Shown here piece by piece: positions 28,452-38,213 of a stretch of 56,861 nucleotides of DNA. The position numbers were made by a program, and so were the translations under genes. The number at the start of each line of letters is the position of its first letter. Position 1 is the stretch's first letter. The stretch is from positions 1 through 56,861 of the forward strand of contig JBDHJS010000021.1 in assembly GCA_039586795.1 (NCBI GenBank). The letters run 5' to 3'. The stretch comes from Gemmatimonadota bacterium (lineage in GTDB: Bacteria; Gemmatimonadota; Gemmatimonadetes; Palauibacterales; KS3-K002). The notes beneath the pieces were generated by a model, which was given only the letters and a program-made list of their open reading frames with translations, had not been told where the DNA came from and did not search any database.

Positions 28452-29462
28452 GCCAGCCGGCATTGTAGATGAACGCGCTTGCTTTCGTACGGCGAGCGCC
28501 AAGGTCAGTGGGATGATCGCGATCAACAGCGGGAAGAAGCTTGATCCTGGTATCTCGGTCTCCCACAGGAAGGCCGCGTCAATGAACGCGATCGTTATGA
28601 ACACCACGGCGATCGCGACCCCTACGACGATCATCATCATCCCTGAATCGCGCAGCTCGTTCTTCGGTGTTGTGACCAGAGTATGGGTCACCGCAACCAG
28701 GGCGAGCACCAAATACGCGGTCATCAAGAGAGCGTAGTAGGGTCCGAAGGTGTGGTAGAACCTGGGGTGGAAGATCAACTCGACGATGAGGCAAATGATC
28801 AGAGCTCCCCAGGCCGCCCAGATCGTCACGGTCGCCAGACGATTCTCACCTATCCGCTTCGATTTCGGGAACAGCAGGAAGAACCGGAGGAGCAGCAAGG
28901 TCCAGAGCACCAGGGCCGCGACCTGAATGTGTGTTGCCACGCCGTCCCAACTGCCTAGATAGGGTCCCGGCGCCGCCGCACCCAGGGCGAGCCCGATGAA
29001 GGCAAGTCGTACTGCGTGCATGGTAGGAACGGTGAACAGCACCCATAACCCGAACCCGATGAACGAGAGCAGGATCAGCAGCCCACCGAGTCTCAGGTTT
29101 GCAGCGTCTGCAGATGGCTCACCATACACGATCCGGCCCGAAACAGTCTCGCCGTCCCGGTCGACGACCATCGTCAAAGATTCACCCGGTCGTCGCGACA
29201 ACGAGCGCGGCCAGCGCGAGTACATACCAAGGCTCTCGATCGGGATTCCCTCGACGGAGACCACGCGGTCGCCGGGCTGAAACCCCGCTTCGTCCAGCGG
29301 GCTGCCTTCCGGCACATGCAGTATGGAGTAATCAGGTTCGAATAGGGGGCCGGCGAAGCCGTCGTCCCGACGATCCATGCCACCGGCGATGGTCCAGATG
29401 GCGATCGCCAGGGTCGCGACCACGGCTCCCAGGCGAGTACGGTGGAGTGCGGAGCTATCCAT
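28428..29462 (-). CDS. PDZ-domain multi-pass membrane protein
   Basis: N-terminal TM, PDZ-like VPEGSPLDEAGFQPGDRVVSVEG, then about 7 TM helices with LRFFLLFP. Confidence 0.8.
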   Translation of the reverse strand: MDSSALHRTRLGAVVATLAIAIWTIAGGMDRRDDGFAGPLFEPDYSILHVPEGSPLDEAGFQPGDRVVSVEGIPIESLGMYSRWPRSLSRRPGESLTMVVDRDGETVSGRIVYGEPSADAANLRLGGLLILLSFIGFGLWVLFTVPTMHAVRLAFIGLALGAAAPGPYLGSWDGVATHIQVAALVLWTLLLLRFFLLFPKSKRIGENRLATVTIWAAWGALIICLIVELIFHPRFYHTFGPYYALLMTAYLVLALVAVTHTLVTTPKNELRDSGMMMIVVGVAIAVVFITIAFIDAAFLWETEIPGSSFFPLLIAIIPLTLALAVRKQARSSTMPAGSGAPDLG

Positions 29463-29644
29463 GAATAACCCTGTGCCCCAAAGATGGAGAAGCAAGGCCT
29501 TCAGGAGCAAGAGCTGTTGCGCGCCAGGATTCTCTTCTTCTAGAAGGAGCTTGCGGTCGTCGTGACGGGGGGTCCATTCTTCTTAGCGCTTTCAAGTTCC
29601 GCCCCGCTCTAGAGTCAGCTCTGCCCGTAGAAGGTAGTGACCTG

Positions 29645-31300
29645 ATGAAGAAGCCCGATGTTCTCTACAAGGCAGCTGAGACGCCGTCGGCGGGCGCCAC
29701 CATTACAGGGGGGTTCGCGCCCGGCGAGGTCCTGCCCGAATCGACCCGTCGACTTGGCTGGGCCGGTCTCGTCTACGCCGGCGGATTCACGGTCGGCTTC
29801 CCGGGGTGGCTTTTATTCGACATCAGCGCGGGTGTCGAACGGCCGTACTGGGGACTGAGGGTCACCGTCAATCTGTTGGCGATCGCGCTTGGGCTCGGCA
29901 TGTTCATTCTCGTTCGCTACTCCAAGCTGCGGCCGAGGCTACTACTCGACATCGGGCTCGTCTTCCTGGTCCTCGGCTCGTTCTTCCTGTCGATGACGGA
30001 GTTCTGGGGCGCCTGGCCGGAGTGGTCTGACGATGTGCTCTCCGGCTTTCTGGGGGTCCCTTGGGAGTGCTGCTGGATAATCACGTTCGCCCTGCTGGCA
30101 CCCAACACGCCGGGGAAGACGTTGATCGCCGCACTTGCCGCTGCCTCCACCGCGCCGTTCGTGTTCCTGCTTTCGAAGGCCGTCGGCGCGACGAGCGCCG
30201 AGGCGCCCGTCTCCTACTTGTTCGGGTACTTCTTGCTGTCCACGTACTTGTGTGCCGGCGTCGCGTTCCTGATTTCCATCGCCATGAACAAGCTCGCCCG
30301 GCAATTGAAGAAGGCCCGAGACGTGGGTAGTTACAAGCTCGTCAGGCGATTTGGTGCCGGTGGGATGGGCGAAGTATGGGTGGCACAGCACAAAATGTTG
30401 GCTCGACCGGCCGCCGTGAAGCTGATCAAACCGGAAGCACTGGGATCTGACGAGCGCAGCCGAAGAATGGCGGTACTTCGCTTCAGGCGCGAAGCTCAAG
30501 CGACAGCCGCCCTCACGTCATACCACACCATCGATCTCTACGACTACGGCGCGACGGAGGACGGCTCCTTCTACTACGTTATGGAGCTGCTGCGGGGGAT
30601 GAGCCTCGACTCCCTCATCGATCGCTTCGGGCCGGTCAGTTCAGGCCGAGTTGTCCACTTGATGCGCCAAGTGTGCCATTCGCTCGGCGAAGCTCATGCA
30701 AACGGTTTGATTCACAGAGACATCAAACCAGCAAACATTTTTGTTTGCCGAATTGGCCCCAGCTTCGACTACGACTTCATCAAGCTGCTCGACTTTGGTC
30801 TCGTGAAGGCGAGAGAGGCAGAGGAGGGGGGCACCGAGTTGACGGCAGAAGGTCTGACAACCGGAACTCCGGCCTACATGGCTCCCGAGATGGCGACTGG
30901 AAAGGGAACGATCGATGGGCGGGCCGACATCTATTGCCTTGGATGTGTGGGTTACTGGCTGCTCACGGGTCAGCGCGTATTCGATGGAGAGAGCGCGCTC
31001 GGCACGGTTGTCGCACATGTCCAGGAACAGCCCCTTCCACCATCAGAGCGTACCGAGTTGGAAATCCCTGCCGAATTGGAACTCATCATACTACGCTGCC
31101 TCGAGAAGGACCCCGCTGAGAGACCCCAAACTGCGACCGAACTGGATGAGCTGTTGGCGGCATGCGGCTCGATAAGCGAATGGGGCAACGAGCAGGCGCG
31201 GGAATGGTGGAATCTGCACGCTTCAGACCTTGACCCTTGGGATGAGATCGACGTCGACCGGGAACTCACGCCAGAAGAGATCATCAGGGTGGAAGACTAG
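29645..31300 (+). CDS. Membrane-anchored Hanks-type Ser/Thr protein kinase
   Basis: About 6 N-terminal TMs; GAGGMGEVW, AVK, HRDIKPANI, DFG, GTPAYMAPE and DIYCLG. Confidence 0.95.
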   Translation: MKKPDVLYKAAETPSAGATITGGFAPGEVLPESTRRLGWAGLVYAGGFTVGFPGWLLFDISAGVERPYWGLRVTVNLLAIALGLGMFILVRYSKLRPRLLLDIGLVFLVLGSFFLSMTEFWGAWPEWSDDVLSGFLGVPWECCWIITFALLAPNTPGKTLIAALAAASTAPFVFLLSKAVGATSAEAPVSYLFGYFLLSTYLCAGVAFLISIAMNKLARQLKKARDVGSYKLVRRFGAGGMGEVWVAQHKMLARPAAVKLIKPEALGSDERSRRMAVLRFRREAQATAALTSYHTIDLYDYGATEDGSFYYVMELLRGMSLDSLIDRFGPVSSGRVVHLMRQVCHSLGEAHANGLIHRDIKPANIFVCRIGPSFDYDFIKLLDFGLVKAREAEEGGTELTAEGLTTGTPAYMAPEMATGKGTIDGRADIYCLGCVGYWLLTGQRVFDGESALGTVVAHVQEQPLPPSERTELEIPAELELIILRCLEKDPAERPQTATELDELLAACGSISEWGNEQAREWWNLHASDLDPWDEIDVDRELTPEEIIRVED

Positions 31301-31305
31301 TCCGA

Positions 31306-34300
31306 TCAATACCTGAAGGCGCTGAACTTCACCCGGAAGAACAGCGAGTACAGCACGGGCACCAGCCCCAGCGTCAAAAGCGTCGCGAACATCAATCCAA
31401 AGATGATGGCGATTGCCATCGGCTCCCACATCGGCCCGCCACCCAACCACAGCGGTAGCAAGCCGCAAACCGTTGTCGCCGTCGTCAGCAGGATGGGGCG
31501 CAGCCGTCGCTGCGCCGCCTCGACGATCGCACGCTCCGGTTCCAATCCGTTCTCCTCGATCTCGATGCCGATCCGGTCGATCAGTACGATGGCGTTATTG
31601 ATCACGATGCCGGCCAGAGCGATGATCCCGAGCAGCGTCATGAAGCCGAAGTAGGACTTCGCCACGATCAAGCCAACGGTCACGCCGATGATGCCGAGGG
31701 GGATCGTCAGCAAGATGATGATGGGTCGGCGAATCGAGTTGAATTGGATCACCAGCAGCATGATGATGATCAGCAAGGCGATCGGTAGCTTCTCGTTGAT
31801 AGACGCATTCGCTTCGCCCGACGTCTCGACTTCTCCGCCTAGCTCCCACCGATATCCCAGCCCCCAGTTAGAGCTTTCCGCCTCCAGCCACGGGGTCATC
31901 GCCGCGACGACCTCGAACGCCGTGTAGCCGGGCTGCAGCTGCGAGCTGACCGTCACGGTCTTGAGGCGATCCCGCCTGAGGATCTTCGCCGGTTCCCAGG
32001 CGATCTCCACGTCGGCCACCTGCTTCAACGGAACCGACTGTCCACTCGCCTGCGCATAGACATTGAGGCTTTCAAGCTTCCCAGCGTCGCGTCGGTCGGC
32101 CGCTACCGAGCGCAGGGTAATGGGGATCAGCTTGTTGTCCTCTCGGTACTCGCTCATCTCGAACCCGCTGAGACCAGCCTGCAGCGAGAGGGCGATGTCC
32201 TGGTTCGTGACGCCGGCCCGGCGGGCGCGGGGCTCGTTAACGTTGACCAGTAGCTTCTTGGTCCAGCGTCCCCAGTCGTCGTTTACGTTGCGGGTCCCCA
32301 GAACCTGCTCCAGCTGAGCTTTCACTCGGTCGACAATGTTGAAGATCGCGTCAGGCTCACGGCCGAGAATCCGGATCTGAACCGGCGCTTCCAGCGGCGG
32401 CCCGTTCTCAATGCGAGCCAGCGTCGCTGTCAGGTCCGGATAGTTCTCGAAGGTGAACGAATCGATGCGCGCCATGTAGTCGTCGAGCAGTTCCTGCGAC
32501 GACGCGTTCACCAGGATGAACGCGTAATTGGGACTTGCAGGCTCCGGGTTGAACGATAGCAGGAAGCGGGGCCCGCCCTGTCCGATGAAAGAGGCCCAGC
32601 TGGTCACGCCCTCGGGTCGTTCGCCGTTGACGAGCAACTGGTCGGCCATGAACGCTTCTATGCCGCGCACGACCTCTTCGGTCCGCTCGATCGATGTTCC
32701 GACCGGAAGCTCGAACTCGGACTTGAAAAATGCTTTGTCGGTGGGTGGGAAGAAGATCTGGGGTACAATGCCGAGTCCCATCCCGGCGAGCATGAACGCG
32801 ATGATCGCGGCCGCCACCGTTAGCGTGCGGTGACGGAGGGCGAGAAGCAGTGCGCCCCGGTAACGACTGTAGAACGAAGTAGAATACTTCAAGCCGCCGG
32901 GGTCGGCCTTCGGTTTGACGAATTTTACCGCCAGCAGCGGGATCATCGTTAGCGCGAGGATCCAAGAGGAAAGAAGAGTTATAGCGACGACCTTGAACAG
33001 CGGTGCGACGTATTCGCCTGTTGTCGATTCGGCGAGGTAGATGGGCAGGAACGCCGCGACGGTCGTGAGCGACGAGATCAGTAAAGGAACGCGCAGTTCC
33101 GCCGCCGAGTCCACCGCCGCCTCTACCGCACCCTTGCCCTCGGACATCTGCACCTGGATCGACTCCACCATCACTATGGCGTTGTCGACCAACAACCCGA
33201 GTGAGATGATCAGCGCGGCCAGCGACACCTTGTTGAGGCCGATGTCGAGCAGCGACATGATGAGCAGCGCCATGACGATCGCCATGGGAATCAGGCTGGC
33301 TACCACGAACCCGGTGCGCAGGCCTAGGAACAAGAGCATGACCAGGACGACGACCACGATCGCCTGTTGGAGACTACTCACGAAATCACCGATCGCCCGG
33401 TCGACTTCCGCCGGCTCGAAGGCTACGACATTGAACTCTAGTCCGATCGGGTACAGAACCTGGAGGCGCGCCAGGGTCTCCCGAACCCGCTCACCCAACC
33501 TGACGATGTTGCCTCCGTCGCGAAGCGAGATAGCGATCGCCAGTGCCGGCTCCCCTGTAGCGGAGACCTTGCTTTGAGGCGGGTCGATGTAGCCGCGCTC
33601 TACGGACGCGATGTCTTCAAGGAATAGGAACTCGTTGGTGCCCGGAAGGCTGATAACAGACCGTCGTAACTGCTCGACTGTCTCGAAGTTACCCGAGGGT
33701 TCCAGGATGATGCGGTCGACGCCGGCGGTCACTTCGCCGCCCGGCAATACGATGTTGCGGCTTTGCAGGATCTGGCCCAGCAAAGTCGGCGAGATCCCGA
33801 GCTCCGACAACCTGGCGTTGTTGTACTCTACGAAGACGCGCTCTTCCTGAGCCCCGAAGATGTCGACCTTGGCTACTTCTTCGATCAACAACATCTCGTC
33901 GCGTACTTCGTCCGCCACATCCCTCAGCTCGGCATAGGTGAAGCCTTCGCCGGTCAACGTGATCACCGTACCGAAGACGTCGCCGAAATCGTCGTTTACG
34001 TCCGGACCGATCACGCCCTCGGGAAGCTCCGCGCTCGCCCGGTCGACCTTGCGTCGCAGGTCATCCCAGATCGGCCGCATCTCTTTGTACGACGCCTTGA
34101 TGTTGACGAAGATCACTGAGACACCGGCTTTCGACTCGCTCTGCACGAAATCGAGCTCCGGCATTTCCATGATCGCTTTCTCGAGCTTGTCGGTGACCAG
34201 CATCTCGACGCGCTCCGGGCTGGCGCCCGGAAACAGCGTCATGACTTGGGCGGTGCGGATGATGAAGCCAGGGTCTTCAGAGCGCGAAAGACTGCCGTAG

Positions 34301-34383
34301 GAGATCAGGCCGCCCAGTAGAATGAAGACCAGGGCGACTAGGGTGACGCGGCTACGCTGAATCGCGGCGTTGGTGATGTTCAT
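31306..34383 (-). CDS. RND efflux permease (AcrB/AcrD/AcrF family)
   Basis: 1025 aa; GLLVDNAIV, GIVINNAIVL and RLRPILLT. Confidence 0.95.
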   Translation of the reverse strand: MNITNAAIQRSRVTLVALVFILLGGLISYGSLSRSEDPGFIIRTAQVMTLFPGASPERVEMLVTDKLEKAIMEMPELDFVQSESKAGVSVIFVNIKASYKEMRPIWDDLRRKVDRASAELPEGVIGPDVNDDFGDVFGTVITLTGEGFTYAELRDVADEVRDEMLLIEEVAKVDIFGAQEERVFVEYNNARLSELGISPTLLGQILQSRNIVLPGGEVTAGVDRIILEPSGNFETVEQLRRSVISLPGTNEFLFLEDIASVERGYIDPPQSKVSATGEPALAIAISLRDGGNIVRLGERVRETLARLQVLYPIGLEFNVVAFEPAEVDRAIGDFVSSLQQAIVVVVLVMLLFLGLRTGFVVASLIPMAIVMALLIMSLLDIGLNKVSLAALIISLGLLVDNAIVMVESIQVQMSEGKGAVEAAVDSAAELRVPLLISSLTTVAAFLPIYLAESTTGEYVAPLFKVVAITLLSSWILALTMIPLLAVKFVKPKADPGGLKYSTSFYSRYRGALLLALRHRTLTVAAAIIAFMLAGMGLGIVPQIFFPPTDKAFFKSEFELPVGTSIERTEEVVRGIEAFMADQLLVNGERPEGVTSWASFIGQGGPRFLLSFNPEPASPNYAFILVNASSQELLDDYMARIDSFTFENYPDLTATLARIENGPPLEAPVQIRILGREPDAIFNIVDRVKAQLEQVLGTRNVNDDWGRWTKKLLVNVNEPRARRAGVTNQDIALSLQAGLSGFEMSEYREDNKLIPITLRSVAADRRDAGKLESLNVYAQASGQSVPLKQVADVEIAWEPAKILRRDRLKTVTVSSQLQPGYTAFEVVAAMTPWLEAESSNWGLGYRWELGGEVETSGEANASINEKLPIALLIIIMLLVIQFNSIRRPIIILLTIPLGIIGVTVGLIVAKSYFGFMTLLGIIALAGIVINNAIVLIDRIGIEIEENGLEPERAIVEAAQRRLRPILLTTATTVCGLLPLWLGGGPMWEPMAIAIIFGLMFATLLTLGLVPVLYSLFFRVKFSAFRY

Positions 34384-34395
34384 GGTTGTGTCAGC

Positions 34396-35499
34396 TCACG
34401 AGCCGTTGACAGGCAGCTTGACCTGGAGCCCGGGTTCGATCTTGCTCCAGCCTGCCGTGACCACGCGATCGCCGTCCTCGAGCCCCTCCAACACCTCCAA
34501 CCCATCAGCCGTCAACTCACCCACTGAGACAGGGCGCCGTTCCACGACGCCGAGGCCCTCATCAGTAGGTTGCACCACGAAGACGAACCGACCGTCGCGA
34601 TCTTCGCCGACCGCAGCAGCCGGCAGAACGTAAACGACCCGCTGGCTTTGCGATTCGAAAAGGAATCCGATCTCGCATGCCATTCCGGGACGAATGTTGC
34701 CGCCGCTCTCCGCCAGGCGAACGGTGACGGGGAACGTAAGTCCGGCGCCGGTCGCCGAGACGCCAACCTCAGTGACGACGCCCGAAAATTCCCGATCAGG
34801 AAGGGCATCGAAGGTGGCGGTGACTTCAGCGCCCACGACGACGTCTCGGATGAGCACTCCAGGAACACCGACGGCGACTTCCAGGTTTGAGCCCGAGGTG
34901 AGAAGAATGACGACCTGACCTGTCTGAACATTTTCGTTTACCTCGACGCTGACCGAGGCCACAGCTCCGGCAACCGGGGCCGTAAGGCGAGTGTAGCTGA
35001 GCTGCAAGCGCGCGAGCTCCAATTCGCGCTCATAGGCATTCACCGATGATGCGGCCGACTCTGACGCGGTGCGAGCCGCATCGAGCTCGCTGCGGGAGAG
35101 GTTAGCGTTCTCGTAGAGCTGGCGGGCGCGGGCGTAGTCGGCCTCGGCGTTTCGAGCTTGAGCGCGGGCTTGCGACAGACCGGCTTCGGCACGTTGAACC
35201 TGGAGTCGATAGTCCTCGTCGTCGAGCTCCGCTATCAGTTGTCCGGCCCCGACGCTGTCACCGACCTGAACGGGGATTCGTCTGACGGTTCCGGGAACCT
35301 TGAAGCTGATCCGTGACTCGACTCCGGCGCGTGCAGTGCCGGAGAATGACCGTATCCGGTTGCCGCCCGTCGAGTAAGCCACCTGGTAGCGCACGGGCCG
35401 GAAGACCGCTTCGGGCTCTTCGCTTTCGGCGCATGCCTGAAGCATCGATAGGGCGATCAGGCCGGCGATGTGAAATGGGGATCGGTCGCTATGTAACAT
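34396..35499 (-). CDS. RND periplasmic adaptor (membrane fusion protein)
   Basis: Lipobox-like LQAC; ISFKVPG..VQVGD, coiled coil, LTAPVAG and GLEDGDRVVTAG. Confidence 0.93.
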   Translation of the reverse strand: MLHSDRSPFHIAGLIALSMLQACAESEEPEAVFRPVRYQVAYSTGGNRIRSFSGTARAGVESRISFKVPGTVRRIPVQVGDSVGAGQLIAELDDEDYRLQVQRAEAGLSQARAQARNAEADYARARQLYENANLSRSELDAARTASESAASSVNAYERELELARLQLSYTRLTAPVAGAVASVSVEVNENVQTGQVVILLTSGSNLEVAVGVPGVLIRDVVVGAEVTATFDALPDREFSGVVTEVGVSATGAGLTFPVTVRLAESGGNIRPGMACEIGFLFESQSQRVVYVLPAAAVGEDRDGRFVFVVQPTDEGLGVVERRPVSVGELTADGLEVLEGLEDGDRVVTAGWSKIEPGLQVKLPVNGS

Positions 35500-35709
35500 T
35501 GAAGCAAGCTCCGGAATCGGGGTCGTGGATCACGAAGGGCGGGCTCGCCTTTCTGTGCTGAGTGATGCTTGGATGAACGTCGAGATTAGACTGGGCATCA
35601 CTCGACTGTCAAGTTTGTTGCCCGTATGTTCGAGTATTCTGACCAGATTGGGCAGGCTCGCGGGTTCGGTATCCCCCGGCCGCTCAGCATCGCTCGATGG
35701 AGGTTCCAA

Positions 35710-38073
35710 GTGTTGCTCCGACGTGTAACGCTGCTCGCCGTTCTGGCATTCCTTCTGCTCCCCGACGGTACTTCGGCGCAGACAACAGACACGGTTACGA
35801 TCGGCTTCGTCGCAGACGGTCGTTACCTGCGCCACGCGGATTTGACGGAGCTGCTGCAAGAGGAGATCCGCGACTTGCTCTCCGGTGAGTTCATCGTCCG
35901 GATGCCTACGAGCGCCTATCTGGAGGCGGATTTCACCATCCAGGGTATTGAGGACGCGCTCGACAGCCTGCTGAGCGATGCGGACGTCGATATCGTCGTC
36001 ACCTTCGGGGCGATCAGTTCCCACGTCGCGGCGAGCCGTCGAGACCTTAGCAAACCCGTCGTAGCAACTGTAGTCATCGATCGAGAGCTACAAGGAATCG
36101 AGATAGCCGAAGGCGGTGGCAGCGGGGTCGCCAATCTCAGTTACATCGCGCTGGCCGAGACGGATGAGATCGGCACTTTCCAGGAGATCGCGCCGTTCCG
36201 TCGAATTGCCTTCCTGGTTAACGGACCGCTGGCCGAGGCAGTCCCACAGTTATCACAAAACCTGCAGGCGGCGGGGCAGGCAGTCGGCCTGGATCCCGTA
36301 CTTATTCCGGTCGGGCTGACCAGCAGGCCAACGCTTGCCGCCCTCGATGACGCCGCGGTTGACGCCGTCTACGTACTCCCGCAATTCCAGCTTTCAGAGG
36401 ACGATTGGGAGCGCCTCGTCCAGGGATTCATCGATCGGCGGTTGCCGAGTTTCAGCTGGTTCGGACGATCCGAAGTGGCCGATGGGATCTTGGCCGGGCA
36501 GCGCCCGGAGAGGTTTGCGCAGCGCATCGCCCGGCGCGTAGCGCTCAACATCCAGGCCATACTCCTGGGTGAAGACCCCTCCTCACTGCCGGTAACGTTC
36601 GCTCCCCAGTCGAGCCTAGCGATAAACATGGCTACGGCGCGCGCCATCAATATGTACCCTCCATGGAAGGCGGTCACCGAAGCTGAGCTCATCAACGACG
36701 TACGGAGCGTAGTGGAGCGCGAGTGGTCTTTGGCGAGCGCTGTGCGCGAAGCCGTGGAAGTCAATCTGGATCTGGCGGTAGCAGATCGAGCTGTTGCAGC
36801 AGGTGACAAGGAGATTGGGATCGCCCGGGCTGACCTGCTGCCGCAGATCGATCTCGACCTCAATTGGAGCGTGATCGACAATAGCCAGGCGGAGTCGGGG
36901 GTCAGCTTCCGTACCGAAAGACTGCTGACCGGGCAGGCGACTCTGACGCAAGTGATCTACGCGGATCCGCTGTGGGCGAACTACTCGATCCAGAAGTCCG
37001 TTCAGGAGTCGCGCGTGCAGGACAGGGAGATCACCTGGCTGGACGTCGCGTTCGATGCCGCCGTCACGTACCTGGACGTACTCAAGGCGAAGACGATCGA
37101 GCGGATCGAGCGGGAGAACCTGAATATCACCCGAGAGAATCTCGAGTTCGCCGAAGTGCGACGCGCCGTCGGTTCTGCCAGCCCAGGCGAAGTCTTTCGT
37201 TGGGAGAACCAGATCGCTAACAACCGGCAGGCCGTGATCAACGCGAACGCGTTGCGGAATCTGGTCGAGATCGAGCTCAACCGCCTGTTGGACCGCCCGC
37301 TAGAGGAGTCGTTCGCAACCGCGGAAACCGATCTTGCTGACCCTCAGCTGCTCACCAACCAGAGCCGCCTCGCTCCCTATCTTGCCAACCAATGGAGCTT
37401 CAAGGTCTTTCGCGGCTTCATGGCCCAGGAAGCGCTGGATGCATCGCCCGAGCTCAGGGCGCTCGATGCCCTGGCGGCAGCACAACGGCGGGCGCTAACA
37501 GCGGCGGACCGTGAGTTCTACATCCCGAAGCTCGCGCTACAGGCATCGCTCGACGACGTACTCTCGAGCGGTGGAAGCGGCACGCTGTTCCCAGGCTTCG
37601 AGGATACGCGTTGGACCCTAGGCTTCGCTCTGAGCTATCCGTTGTTGACGGGTGGCGCCCGCTTCTCCGTGCGGAGTCAGGCGGTCGAGGAGCTGGCTCA
37701 GGTTGAAGCGCAGCGCGACGCCACGGCCCAGCGCGTTGAGGGTCGAGCGCGTTCGGCCCTGCACACGATGGGCGCGGCGCTGGCCAATATCGAACTATCG
37801 CGCGACGCCGCCGATGCGGCGCGGAGCAACTTCGAGCTGGTGCAGGATTCTTATAGTCGGGGCCAGACATCTATTATCACCTTGCTTGATGCGCAAAACA
37901 CCGCCCTCATCGCCGAACTGCAGGCGTCGAACGCGATATACGACTTCTTGATCGAGCTGATGAGGGTCGAGCGGGCCGCCGGCCGTTTCGACTTCTTCGC
38001 CTCCGCTGAAAGCCGCGATGCGTTCTTCGACCGGCTCGACGCTTACTTCGCGCAGGGCGGGCTCGAGCCGTAG
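35710..38073 (+). CDS. TolC-family outer-membrane factor fused to an N-terminal ABC-type substrate-binding-like domain
   Basis: GGAGG SD before GTG 35710; N-terminal half ends ILLGEDPSSLPV...LAINMATARAI (ABC_sub_bind-like); C-terminal OEP repeats (ADLLPQIDL, YSRGQTSIITLLDAQ). Confidence 0.85.
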   Translation: MLLRRVTLLAVLAFLLLPDGTSAQTTDTVTIGFVADGRYLRHADLTELLQEEIRDLLSGEFIVRMPTSAYLEADFTIQGIEDALDSLLSDADVDIVVTFGAISSHVAASRRDLSKPVVATVVIDRELQGIEIAEGGGSGVANLSYIALAETDEIGTFQEIAPFRRIAFLVNGPLAEAVPQLSQNLQAAGQAVGLDPVLIPVGLTSRPTLAALDDAAVDAVYVLPQFQLSEDDWERLVQGFIDRRLPSFSWFGRSEVADGILAGQRPERFAQRIARRVALNIQAILLGEDPSSLPVTFAPQSSLAINMATARAINMYPPWKAVTEAELINDVRSVVEREWSLASAVREAVEVNLDLAVADRAVAAGDKEIGIARADLLPQIDLDLNWSVIDNSQAESGVSFRTERLLTGQATLTQVIYADPLWANYSIQKSVQESRVQDREITWLDVAFDAAVTYLDVLKAKTIERIERENLNITRENLEFAEVRRAVGSASPGEVFRWENQIANNRQAVINANALRNLVEIELNRLLDRPLEESFATAETDLADPQLLTNQSRLAPYLANQWSFKVFRGFMAQEALDASPELRALDALAAAQRRALTAADREFYIPKLALQASLDDVLSSGGSGTLFPGFEDTRWTLGFALSYPLLTGGARFSVRSQAVEELAQVEAQRDATAQRVEGRARSALHTMGAALANIELSRDAADAARSNFELVQDSYSRGQTSIITLLDAQNTALIAELQASNAIYDFLIELMRVERAAGRFDFFASAESRDAFFDRLDAYFAQGGLEP

Positions 38074-38098
38074 ATTGACTCGGCCGGAGGACAGATAG

Positions 38099-38128
38099 CG
38101 CCGGGACCGCCCGTGTCCGGTCCTGGCG
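38099..38128 (+). terminator. GC-rich hairpin after the TolC fusion gene
   Basis: CGCCGGGACCG / CGGTCCTGGCG stem; no U-tract. Confidence 0.45.
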
Positions 38129-38213
38129 GCCCGCTGCGCATAACCATCCAGAACGTCAGATTCCGGGCCTAACTACCGGTAATCCGCGCAACCTAGTACG
38201 AGGAGAGAGCACC

